Below, in pieces: positions 28,777 to 38,068 of a stretch of DNA of 64,000 nucleotides (its first letter is position 1; each line of letters begins with the position of its first letter). Below the pieces are notes generated by a model that was given only the letters and a program-made list of their open reading frames with translations, ran no database searches and was not told the DNA's origin. Origin of the DNA: a virus (Duplodnaviria > Caudoviricetes); the IMG/VR virus record IMGVR_UViG_3300025715_000017, positions 25,718-89,717 of that record; one strand, given 5' to 3'. The position numbers and the translations under genes are program-made.

Positions 28777-31429
28777 TGCAAACCTCCATGAGAATCCCAC
28801 CAGATGTAAGAGTCAGCGCTGGTGATTTCGATTCCTTTTTGACAAAAGACATGTTACCATACACCATAATACTTGTATTTTGCATACGTCCGCGGGGATA
28901 CTTTGTTGGCATTTGACGACTCACTTGAATCTTCGACCAATAAGTACGGTCGAGAGGATCAAGATATTCCTGAAAGGCTGCAAAAAAGTCTTTCACAGTC
29001 ACATACTCCCCAGGAACGAAATGGACATTGTTCTCTAGGAAGCGATCAAGTAGATTCACATTACTTTCCATAATGATTGTCTTCTGCTCCGAAGTTATGA
29101 CCGGCAAATTCAACCGATCTGGTGAAGTAGGTATATCTAATGATAACACCTCTGCTAAAAAATCAGGAGCCTCTCTCCTGAGATTCTGAAGTAATACTTC
29201 TTTTGGTATGACTGTTGATAAACCTGGTACTTCCGAAACGATTATGCGTGTATCTCCTGGAAATACTGGACAAGCTTGACGATCATTTGCACATTGTACC
29301 CAATGCGTGACGTTTGGTATCTGATAAGGTGTTTGAAATTTCGTATGCACCATGAGTTGTAAGCTTGTGACCCAATCTTTGATCCTGTTGTATGCTGTTT
29401 TATTGCTTCGCAGATCAGTTTCTTCAATAACACACAATACCGCATTCACTAACTCACCAGTGAAACCACCTACGCTAACAATGGCATTATCTGCTCTAAC
29501 ATATCCTGGGTGAAATAATAGAGAAAGAGCCTCATGAAATATGGATTTACCGGAATTCTGAGGCCCATAGAAAAATAAATATGGCAATGGCTTTTCGGGA
29601 TATTGAAACATGCTTGCGATCCAGCATTTCAAATAATCAGAGCCGTGATGTATTCCATACTTTCTACACCAATCATCTTTCATTATTGCAACATCTAAGC
29701 TCTGTCCACAATGTTTCAGGATTTTCATCCAATGTGGATATGATCTTTCTTCATCAATAGAAGGTTCCATAGTAAATTGTGGACTATTGCGATTCCATTC
29801 CCTATTTCCTGGGTATTCTGGTTGAAATGGCTTGTTTACTTCCGTCCAGCATTCCGTGACACTTGTACCAATGAAATTATCTATTTCTTTAGGCCCATAA
29901 CCTTGGCTTTTCAGCGCCGCCTTGACATGAATAAGAGGTTCTTCATGCCAACTTCCACCTGCTGATATTACCCAACCTGCATCATGTCCTGCTTGGTCTA
30001 CGACATGCCTAATTGTGTCGTTGACCATAGAGGCTCTTGGTATGGTGTCTACAGGTGTCTTATATATCAAAGAGAATATGCGCGTCCACATTTTATCTTT
30101 TGCTAATTCCCAACCTGTTAATGGTAAATCGCGATCATCTCTTTGTATTTTGACTATAAGTCGCCCATCTTTATGCTCTTGAACGATAGTCTGGCGTGTT
30201 AAAAGTGCTTCAGGAAGATCAAAAGTAACACCTAAAGGTTCCAGAACCATAATGGCTGTTTTGGCATCATCAAAAATGAAACCCCCTTTTTCTCGCTCTA
30301 CGCCGTGATACTTTTTCGCTAGTATTCTGAGAGTGGGTTCACGATTCAAATATGTATAACATACGCCTCTGGAATCGCGGAACCATGTTTCATGTTCTTC
30401 AACATTTTGGAACCTATAAACAACAAATGCCCCATTTGATAATGGGACACAAAAACAATTATGATCGACACCGGGTTCTGTTTCTGAAACGGTGTTGAAA
30501 ATACCTTTCAATCCTAATTCTTCATGAATCTGCTTCAACGTCGCAGTATGTGTAACTAATAAATTACGATCAGCATCCCACCAAGACATTGTATTGTCTA
30601 GGGCTTTGATAATTTTCTTGTGTGTTTCATCTAGTGGGATATGCCTACGCTCGGAAAGAAAATAATCATCTTCATTATTTAAAATGACACGTGTTGTTTT
30701 CTTTTGGATCACAGGCACTTGTTTTTGCCAATTGGCGGGAATCTCAGATAATTTCTCCCCTTGTTTTATGATCGTGAGGCCATCTGTGCCTTCCATCTTT
30801 CTAGCCCAAGACCACATAACCCCACCACATACATCTACTTTGGCGGAAAAATTGAAACCTGCTTCTGAAGACATTTTGTTGAGAATTGCTCTTGCTAAAG
30901 CAGCATGTTCAGTATGATTGACAACAGGTTCATGGAAATCCAAAAATACATACAGATGTATGCCAGAACCACTTGTGCTCTTTCTTACTGTCACCCAAGG
31001 GATCATTGAAGCACGTTCTTTTATTTCTTCTAACTCATTTAAAGATAATCCTTGAGAATGCCCAACAATTGAATCAAAATCGAAGGCAACGAATATGCTT
31101 CGTTTTTCTGCCCAATTCCATCCGGTCATGCCAATAGCCTCGGCATGTGCCGCAAGATCATAATTCATTGGCGTATCGGAATATTCTGGGAAGGTCGCGG
31201 CATTTTTGGGTATACGAAATGAATACCAAGTCTCTTTGTCGTTTGTATACATCAGCCCTGATGGCCCTTTGTACTCTTTCGATAGTATATATCCATCATC
31301 TTGAGAAACAAGAATCATGCATTCCATATCCACGTTGTAAAGATCATAAAGATCAGAAGCATTACTTTTTTGCAACATTTTCTTGATTGCTGCGCTTTTT
31401 GATCCATCTTTCGTGAAAGCGTCCATCAA
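28751..31429 (-). CDS. Primase-polymerase (AEP/PrimPol) fused to SF3-like helicase (NrS-1/DUF5906-like)
   Basis: FVAFDFD, KSTSGSGIHLY in the N-terminal half; Walker A FFYGPQNSGKS and Walker B VLCVIEE in the C-terminal half. Confidence 0.85.
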   Translation of the reverse strand: MMDAFTKDGSKSAAIKKMLQKSNASDLYDLYNVDMECMILVSQDDGYILSKEYKGPSGLMYTNDKETWYSFRIPKNAATFPEYSDTPMNYDLAAHAEAIGMTGWNWAEKRSIFVAFDFDSIVGHSQGLSLNELEEIKERASMIPWVTVRKSTSGSGIHLYVFLDFHEPVVNHTEHAALARAILNKMSSEAGFNFSAKVDVCGGVMWSWARKMEGTDGLTIIKQGEKLSEIPANWQKQVPVIQKKTTRVILNNEDDYFLSERRHIPLDETHKKIIKALDNTMSWWDADRNLLVTHTATLKQIHEELGLKGIFNTVSETEPGVDHNCFCVPLSNGAFVVYRFQNVEEHETWFRDSRGVCYTYLNREPTLRILAKKYHGVEREKGGFIFDDAKTAIMVLEPLGVTFDLPEALLTRQTIVQEHKDGRLIVKIQRDDRDLPLTGWELAKDKMWTRIFSLIYKTPVDTIPRASMVNDTIRHVVDQAGHDAGWVISAGGSWHEEPLIHVKAALKSQGYGPKEIDNFIGTSVTECWTEVNKPFQPEYPGNREWNRNSPQFTMEPSIDEERSYPHWMKILKHCGQSLDVAIMKDDWCRKYGIHHGSDYLKCWIASMFQYPEKPLPYLFFYGPQNSGKSIFHEALSLLFHPGYVRADNAIVSVGGFTGELVNAVLCVIEETDLRSNKTAYNRIKDWVTSLQLMVHTKFQTPYQIPNVTHWVQCANDRQACPVFPGDTRIIVSEVPGLSTVIPKEVLLQNLRREAPDFLAEVLSLDIPTSPDRLNLPVITSEQKTIIMESNVNLLDRFLENNVHFVPGEYVTVKDFFAAFQEYLDPLDRTYWSKIQVSRQMPTKYPRGRMQNTSIMVYGNMSFVKKESKSPALTLTSGGILMEVCNDSSSNEL

Positions 31430-31581
31430 TACTCCAATTTCACATTATTAGCATTTCTGCAAAGTAGCACTATTCACACTTTGCCCCATTTCCATTACAT
31501 CTATTAAACGTATATGTGATGAATAAAAACACCCAAAGTTATGTAAGCAAAATCCATGCCTTCTGGGAAGGTAGAACACGT

Positions 31582-31834
31582 GTCTTAGAATGACGCTGAA
31601 TGCCCCTAGAATGCCCTGTAAGGCGTTTTCAAGTCTTACCCTTTATAATATGACTTTTGAAAATGAAAACGCCTTACAAGGCATTCTAGGAACACAGGTC
31701 TTAGAACACAGGTCTTAGAAACACAGGTCTTAGAATGACGCTGAATGCCCCTAGAATGCCCTGTAAGGCGTTTTCAAGTCCTACCCTTTATAATATGACT
31801 CTTGGGAATGAAAATGCCTTACAGGGCATTTTAG
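31582..31834. repeat. Two 108-bp direct repeats, each containing a 26-bp inverted repeat, separated by three copies of AACACAGGTCTTAG
   Basis: Copies at 31582-31689 and 31727-31834; arms CTAGAATGCCCTGTAAGGCGTTTTCA / TGAAAACGCCTTACAAGGCATTCTAG. Confidence 0.9.
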
Positions 31835-31844
31835 AAAACCCATA

Positions 31845-32355
31845 CTAAAAATGAAGTGAGTCATAACTTTCGGTCATATATTTTTATGAATAATATGAAT
31901 AGAATATAAAAACACTTATTTTTCATAACTTTCAGCGGAATATTAATGCTAAAAAAATCAATAGGGCCGAAAGTTGCGTAATTTAAAATCAACAAAATCA
32001 ATAACTTACAAGAGAATTTCGCAACATTCGGTCTTACTTTTACAAAGTTATGGCAAAATACTCTCTCTTTATTATTTTTCATTTCATTTCATTTTATATA
32101 TTAAAGGTTTTTTACTACAACTTATGTGTAAGTAAGACCGAATGTTGCGAAATTGCGAGTTAAGTTATTGAAAATGCCATATTTAAGTTACGCAACTTTC
32201 GACGTGATTGATTTTTTTAGCATTAATATATGACCGAATCCTATGAATTTCATTGATATTAATAGTATACATACCGTTTTTACTACAACTTTCGGTCCTA
32301 TAGGTAATTAACGCATAAATATATGACCGAATCTTATGACTCACTTCATTTTTAG
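31845..32355. repeat. ~510-bp AT-rich nested imperfect palindrome; candidate replication origin
   Basis: Inverted arm pairs: 31845-31883/32317-32355 (37 of 39), 31940-31962/32207-32229 (23 of 23), 32016-32039/32131-32154 (24 of 24). Confidence 0.8.
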
Positions 32356-32426
32356 CATTTTCAAATTTACGCAACTTCAGGTGTCTTTTATAGTGTGTTT
32401 TTTCGTTTATTATATGGAAGTCGAAA

Positions 32427-32678
32427 ATGCGGTTAAAACGAATCTTACAAGGTGTTGATATGAGCATAATGCTAAAAGTGCTAAATCTACGAATTGACAG
32501 AGAGCCTGAGAATGATCTTGCTTTCTTACAGCAGAGCATTCAAGAGCATGGTCTTCTCTTTCCGATTCTAGTAGATCATACTGACACTGTTGTTGATGGC
32601 GTTCGCCGTGTTGAAGCTTGTAAGCGGCTAGGGATTGAAGATATCCCTGCCATACGTGTAAATGGAATGATCCAATGA
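32427..32678 (+). CDS. Stand-alone ParB N-terminal (ParBc/sulfiredoxin-like) domain protein
   Basis: LQQSIQEHGLLFPILV...VVDGVRRVEACKRLGIEDIPAI. Confidence 0.8.
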   Translation: MRLKRILQGVDMSIMLKVLNLRIDREPENDLAFLQQSIQEHGLLFPILVDHTDTVVDGVRRVEACKRLGIEDIPAIRVNGMIQ

Positions 32679-32736
32679 CAGTCCTACTGTACGGTGGGTG
32701 GCATTCAAAGGATCGCAAACACAGGAGAGTTAAGCA

Positions 32737-33675
32737 ATGAGTCAAAATCGAGTAATGATCCCGCTCAACAAAATTGAAACGAGCAAGGTGGCATTACGCA
32801 AAGCGCAAACCGAGTCTGATGAGTTTAAGAATCTTCAGGCGTCAATCGAAGAATACGGTATTCTTCACAATCTCGTGGTTCGGGAAAGCACCACTGCGGA
32901 AGGTATGTATACGTTGATCGATGGTCTTCAGCGCTTCACCATCGCCAATCTGACCGGTCTTGAAGAGGTGCCGTGTGTTGTGTTGGATGCGGATGAACAG
33001 GGTGCCTTGCTGTTGCAGGTACAGGGCAATATCCAGAATGTGGCTACGAAACCTGCTGAATATGCGAAGCAGCTTGTTCGTATTCTTGAGCTGGATACCA
33101 CTGGCAAAATGACGCAGAATGATCTTGCAGAGCTGGTTTGCCAGTCTCCTGATTGGGTATCTGCGCGTTTGGCGCTGTTGCGCTTGCATCCTGAAATTCA
33201 GAAGATGGTTGATGAGGGTGTTATCTGCTTGCAGAATGCCCGTATGCTGTCGCAGTTGGATCAGGAAGAGCAGAAGCAGTGGGTGAAACGTGCCGCGAGT
33301 GTGCCTTCGGAGCAGTTTGTTCCTCAGTGTAAGGCCCGGATCATGGAACTCAAGAAGGCGGCTCGCGAAGGCAAGGACACTACGCCGGAAGTATTCACGC
33401 CTGTGGCGAAGCGGCGTTCAAACAATGATCTCTTGACCGAGATCGAAAAGCCTGTTGCCCGCAATGCCCTTCTTACGCAGGATACCACTCCCGTTCAGGC
33501 GTGGAAGCTTGCTTTGGAATGGTCGATGAGTCTTGATCCTAAGACGATTGCAGAAGCAAAAGCAAAATGGGAATCTGATAAGGCTGCGCGTGAAGCACGA
33601 AAAGCTGAAAAAGCTGCCGCAAAGAAAGCTGCTGAAGAAGCAAAAGCCGCAGAGCTCGAAGAAGCAGTATTATAG
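32737..33675 (+). CDS. ParB/RepB/Spo0J-family protein with HTH
   Basis: LQASIEEYGILHNLVV, LIDGLQRF, ENI/GNI-like QGNIQN, HTH TQNDLAELVCQSPDWVSARLALL. Confidence 0.85.
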   Translation: MSQNRVMIPLNKIETSKVALRKAQTESDEFKNLQASIEEYGILHNLVVRESTTAEGMYTLIDGLQRFTIANLTGLEEVPCVVLDADEQGALLLQVQGNIQNVATKPAEYAKQLVRILELDTTGKMTQNDLAELVCQSPDWVSARLALLRLHPEIQKMVDEGVICLQNARMLSQLDQEEQKQWVKRAASVPSEQFVPQCKARIMELKKAAREGKDTTPEVFTPVAKRRSNNDLLTEIEKPVARNALLTQDTTPVQAWKLALEWSMSLDPKTIAEAKAKWESDKAAREARKAEKAAAKKAAEEAKAAELEEAVL

Positions 33676-33789
33676 GGCAACAGTAGCCGCGTGACTTAGC
33701 CCATCACTTGAATGGCTACTGTGTTGTGGTGCAGCACTTAATACTGCAAGTAACTGCACATTACTTGCAGAACTACAAGGAATAAGCAT

Positions 33790-34431
33790 ATGACAAAAGA
33801 AACAAATTTGGCGATTTTCGATAATCTACCTCCAGTTACAGCACCACAGATCAAAGATGAAGTACAGACTTCGTTGTTGCCTTATATTACGTTGGTGCAG
33901 GGTTTGAGCCAGTTAGCTGGCCCTCCGCATCAGATTCAAGCTGGCAAGTTTGTATTGCATACTGGAAAGAGCGAGTTTGAAGAGCTTGGCAAGGAATTTG
34001 ATGCTTTCTTGCTGGATATGCGATACAAAGCTACGAGATGGCAAGATGAAAAGATGACTGTGATTACTGATCCTGATTCTCCGCTTTTCAGGGAGTTTCA
34101 ATCTCTCGCAGAAGCCAATACAGATGGTTTCCGTTGGGGATATGAATTCTTGTTATACATTGGATCAATCGGTTCTTACGCCACTTTCTATTGCAACAAT
34201 ATCTCCATGCGTATTGCGGCTACGCAACATCTTGCACCACGTATGCGGACAGTTTGCACAGTTAAGCAAGATTTCATCGAAGGCAAAACCCATAAATGGT
34301 GGAGCGTCAAAGCATCTGATTGTAATGAGCCTCTTGCTATCCCGCCGAATCAAGAAGAAGCAATTGAAAAGATCAAAAGCTTTCAAGTACACACAGCACC
34401 TACAGCAATAGAAGAGGACGAATTGCGATGA
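33790..34431 (+). CDS. Putative phage single-stranded DNA-binding protein
   Basis: LPYITLVQGLS..AGKFVL pattern, acidic C-terminus, position upstream of helicase and polymerase. Confidence 0.45.
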   Translation: MTKETNLAIFDNLPPVTAPQIKDEVQTSLLPYITLVQGLSQLAGPPHQIQAGKFVLHTGKSEFEELGKEFDAFLLDMRYKATRWQDEKMTVITDPDSPLFREFQSLAEANTDGFRWGYEFLLYIGSIGSYATFYCNNISMRIAATQHLAPRMRTVCTVKQDFIEGKTHKWWSVKASDCNEPLAIPPNQEEAIEKIKSFQVHTAPTAIEEDELR

Positions 34432-34766
34432 TTCCATTTTGTGTGAGTGCCCTGAATACTTCTTGGTGGAAACAGTGGGCGCGTGAATCAAATAAAAATG
34501 TGCCGGTATCCCATAAAGGTTTTTTGGGGAGTTTGAAAACGCTCGAACCTTATGTGGGTAAGAGACATTCAGCGGCACTCACACAAATGGGTTTTATTTT
34601 TGATGAACATTACGAAATTCCCGGTGTAGGGCTGGTATTATTAGACCAGAACCCCGCTCAGACACTATATTTTGGTCAGGCATCGGCCCTACACTGGCTT
34701 TCTTTAGATGATCCTAAAATCAATAATAGTTTAAGGAGTTTAGGTGTGTTGCAATGGTGGACTTAA
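34428..34766 (+). CDS. Hypothetical protein
   Basis: ATGA overlap with the upstream gene. Confidence 0.55.
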   Translation: MIPFCVSALNTSWWKQWARESNKNVPVSHKGFLGSLKTLEPYVGKRHSAALTQMGFIFDEHYEIPGVGLVLLDQNPAQTLYFGQASALHWLSLDDPKINNSLRSLGVLQWWT

Positions 34767-36643
34767 TAAGCCTTTTCAATGTCAAGGTAACTACGAATGA
34801 AAAAGAATATATATTTGAATTTCCATATAGGCGTGGCGAGGCATGGGAAACCTTAAAAAATGAGATCAAAGGGATGGAAGGCGCAAAGTTTCAGCCTTCG
34901 CCAAGGCCACATTGGCGAGCTAAGCGTACATTGCGTAATGAATGGGTATTAGAGTATCTGAAAGGCAATGATCCTTATGCGCCTTTTCGACAAGAATACC
35001 CTCAAGTAGAGCCTAATCGTGATGTTTTATTTCCACATCAAAAAGAGGCTTTGAGCTTTGTTTTAGCTAGACGGCAATGCATCTTAGCTGCTGAAATGGG
35101 GACGGGCAAAACTCTAGTAATTATCGAAGCGCTTGAGAAGATCAAGCCCACTTGTACGTGGTATGTGGCACCAAAGTTTTCTATAGGGCAGATTCGTTTA
35201 CTCTTCAAACAGTGGAATGCTAAAGTTATACCTACTTTTCTTTCGTATGGCGATGTCAAAAAGATTGTGCGAGAGTGGCCTACAGGACATAAAGCGCCTC
35301 AAGCACTGATCTTTGATGAATCTGCATATTTGAAGACACCATCGTCTCAAAGAAGTGAGTTTGCTTTACATCTCGCTAACGGTGTACGATTAGATCATGG
35401 GGATGATGCACTTATAATATTAGCATCAGGCGCACCCGCACCTAAAAGCCCAAAGGACTGGTGGCATCAGTGTGAAGTTGCTTGTCCAGGGTATATCAAA
35501 GAGCGTAATATTTATGATTTCGAGCGCCGATTAGCCTTAATTCAAAAAGAGACATCTTTTGCTGGTGGTTCTTATCCGAAGATCATAACTTGGTGGGATG
35601 ATGAAAATAAATGCAAGGTTTGTGGCCAATATAAAAATCATTCAAATCACACCCGCACACTTGACGAGAAAATTGCAGAAGTTAAAAGTGGCCTTGATTC
35701 ATTATTAGAGATCAATACATCTTTAACGGAAATGCCACACGCTTTCGAGCCAAGTATTAACGAAGTTGATCGCTTGTCGAAAAGGCTATCTGGCTTAGTT
35801 TTAGTGCAGTTTAAAAAGGATTGCTTGCAACTTCCCGAAAAAGTTTATAGAATCATTAAACTTGAACCGAGTGCTAAGATCAAAAGAGCCGCTTCCATGA
35901 TTAGTAAGACATCAACAACTACCATCGAAGCACTTACACGCTTACGGGAGTTAAGTGATGGCTTTCAATATGCCCATGAACCTTCAGGAGAATTTGAAAC
36001 TTGTCCACGCTGTCATGGCACTTGCAAGATTTTTGAGGGAGAAGAATTAGTTTGCCCTTCTTGCAAAGACGGCAAGGTGGAAAAGATGCGTCGTATCGCT
36101 AATCGTGTTTCATGCCCAAAAGATGCAGCTTTGCTGGAATTAATGGAAGAATGTGATGATCGCATAGTCATTTTCGGGGGATTCACCGAAACAATTGATC
36201 GTGTTTGCGAATTATGCCGTAGAGCAGGGTGGGATTTCATTAGGGCAGATGGCACAACTGGACATTTACCACATGGCATGTATTGCACTATGCAATGTGG
36301 TGATAAATACCCATTAGAGATTTTCCAAGACAAGAAAGCATGTGACAAAGTTGCTTTCATAGCACATCCCGCTACAGCAAAGACATCCTTGACATTAACG
36401 GCTTCTAATATGATTGTCTATTTCAGTAATACTTTTAATGCCGATGATCGTATTCAATCTGAAGATCGTATTCATCGTATTGGCATGGACGTTAATCGCG
36501 GAGCGGTTATTGTTGATCTTGTGCATTTGGAATCAGATATGTATGTACGCGATAATCTGAAAAAGAAACGAGTTTTACAAAGCATCACATTAGGTGAGCT
36601 ACAACAATATATGGAGGAAACTCATGAAAACGTGTGCAGTTGA
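34754..36643 (+). CDS. SNF2-like SF2 helicase with Zn-finger insertions
   Basis: AEMGTGKT, IFDESA, ASGAP, QSEDRIHRIG; CKVC..H and CPRC...CPSC inserts. Confidence 0.85.
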   Translation: MVDLISLFNVKVTTNEKEYIFEFPYRRGEAWETLKNEIKGMEGAKFQPSPRPHWRAKRTLRNEWVLEYLKGNDPYAPFRQEYPQVEPNRDVLFPHQKEALSFVLARRQCILAAEMGTGKTLVIIEALEKIKPTCTWYVAPKFSIGQIRLLFKQWNAKVIPTFLSYGDVKKIVREWPTGHKAPQALIFDESAYLKTPSSQRSEFALHLANGVRLDHGDDALIILASGAPAPKSPKDWWHQCEVACPGYIKERNIYDFERRLALIQKETSFAGGSYPKIITWWDDENKCKVCGQYKNHSNHTRTLDEKIAEVKSGLDSLLEINTSLTEMPHAFEPSINEVDRLSKRLSGLVLVQFKKDCLQLPEKVYRIIKLEPSAKIKRAASMISKTSTTTIEALTRLRELSDGFQYAHEPSGEFETCPRCHGTCKIFEGEELVCPSCKDGKVEKMRRIANRVSCPKDAALLELMEECDDRIVIFGGFTETIDRVCELCRRAGWDFIRADGTTGHLPHGMYCTMQCGDKYPLEIFQDKKACDKVAFIAHPATAKTSLTLTASNMIVYFSNTFNADDRIQSEDRIHRIGMDVNRGAVIVDLVHLESDMYVRDNLKKKRVLQSITLGELQQYMEETHENVCS

Positions 36644-37193
36644 TTTTGAAACTGGTGGCTTAACAGCGGGATTTCATCCAGCACTTAGTGTGGCTATCGT
36701 GCCGCTACGTGATGATTTCATGCCCGATGACACTATTGAGCCATTCATTAGTGACATTGGCGTGGATAATTTGGATCGAATTGATCCAGGTGCTTTGAAA
36801 GTCAATGGTAAAGTTATTGAAGACATCAAAGCAGCGGGCGACCGTAAAGATAGTGTTCGTGCTTTCTTTGAATGGTCAAGAGAAATGGGGAAATTTGCAC
36901 CATTGGCTCAAAATTGGGCTTTTGATCGCGAGTTTTTTCAATATTGGATTGATCCTGAATTCAAAGCCCCGGCTATTCTTAACAAGTATCTTGATTACCG
37001 CGCTCGTGATCTTGCGCGTGTTGTTTGCTATGCTATTGATCGATCCAAAGCAAAGAATGTTCCTTGCCAATTCAAAGGCATGAGCCTTGGCAAAATCTGT
37101 GAAGCCCTTGGAGTTGTGAATCGTGCACCACATACTGCCTACGGAGATGCATGTGCAACAGCCGAGTGTTACTCAAAACTGGTCAACATGTGA
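36624..37193 (+). CDS. DEDDh 3'-5' exonuclease
   Basis: AVDFETGG, AQNWAFDREF, HTAYGDA; GGAGG RBS. Confidence 0.9.
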   Translation: MKTCAVDFETGGLTAGFHPALSVAIVPLRDDFMPDDTIEPFISDIGVDNLDRIDPGALKVNGKVIEDIKAAGDRKDSVRAFFEWSREMGKFAPLAQNWAFDREFFQYWIDPEFKAPAILNKYLDYRARDLARVVCYAIDRSKAKNVPCQFKGMSLGKICEALGVVNRAPHTAYGDACATAECYSKLVNM

Positions 37194-37203
37194 AACGGGT
37201 AAG

Positions 37204-37344
37204 ATGATGTTAGAAAGAGATGAAGAAATAACCATGTGCGAATGCTGTGAAGATGAACTTGCAACATCTGAATGCCCTGAATGTGGCATGATGTTATGTG
37301 ATCTTTGCATGGAGGAGCACGAGTGTGATGCAGAAGATTGGTGA
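37204..37344 (+). CDS. Small Cys-rich zinc-finger protein (B-box-like spacing)
   Basis: CECC-x6-CPEC-x4-CDLC-x3-HEC. Confidence 0.55.
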   Translation: MMLERDEEITMCECCEDELATSECPECGMMLCDLCMEEHECDAEDW

Positions 37345-37348
37345 TTAA

Positions 37349-38068
37349 ATGAAAGTTGCAGTATCTGACATATATGTTGATTGGAAATCTAATACTCGTG
37401 GAGCAGTTTCAGAAGAGGCTGCTGAGGATTTGGCTAGAAGTATAGCCAATTTGGGATTAATAAACCCAGTCACTTTAGCACCTTCTGATCCCAATATAAC
37501 TTCCAAGCCATATACACTTATTGCAGGGTATACTAGATTTCTTGCTTGCCGTAAGTATCTTAATTGGGATGAGATTGAAGCTACGCTTAATAATGCCGAT
37601 GCTTTTCTAATCAGCATTGAGGAAAATCTCAAGCGTACTAATCTCACCATGTATCAAGAAGCAGTTTACTTGAAGCGCTGGATTGAAGAGATGGGTGTAC
37701 CTATGAGAGACGTGGCAAATAAGATCAATAGACCTGCCACTTGGATCAATGCCAGATTACAGTTATTGCAACTTGATGAAGAAACTCAGCGCCTAGCAGA
37801 TAGCCCCAATAAAGTAATTACACAAAAAGAAATTGGTGAGAAGTTTCGAGAACAAAAACCCGTTAAGAAACAGGAACCAAGAAAACCTTATTTGACAGGC
37901 AAGAAAAAGGATCCGCGTCCGCGATTAAACAATGAAATACAGGATGTGGTTCGTCAACTTGTGGATAAAGGACAAGCAGGTTCACCTGTAGTAATTGCAT
38001 TGAATTGGGCTTCTGGTTTAATTGCCAATCAAGAAATGATTGATCTCTTGGGAGTGGATGTTGAATGA
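37349..38068 (+). CDS. ParB-family protein with HTH
   Basis: LARSIANLGLINPV, LIAGYTRFLA, EENLKRTNL, HTH MRDVANKINRPATWINARLQLL. Confidence 0.85.
   Translation: MKVAVSDIYVDWKSNTRGAVSEEAAEDLARSIANLGLINPVTLAPSDPNITSKPYTLIAGYTRFLACRKYLNWDEIEATLNNADAFLISIEENLKRTNLTMYQEAVYLKRWIEEMGVPMRDVANKINRPATWINARLQLLQLDEETQRLADSPNKVITQKEIGEKFREQKPVKKQEPRKPYLTGKKKDPRPRLNNEIQDVVRQLVDKGQAGSPVVIALNWASGLIANQEMIDLLGVDVE

Noticed and set aside
31845-32355. IS/transposon terminal inverted repeats
   Set aside because: No transposase between or near the arms and no target-site duplication; the multi-arm nesting fits an origin better.
33677-33770. tRNA gene
   Set aside because: No cloverleaf, T-loop GTTC motif or acceptor stem; kept only as a structured RNA candidate.
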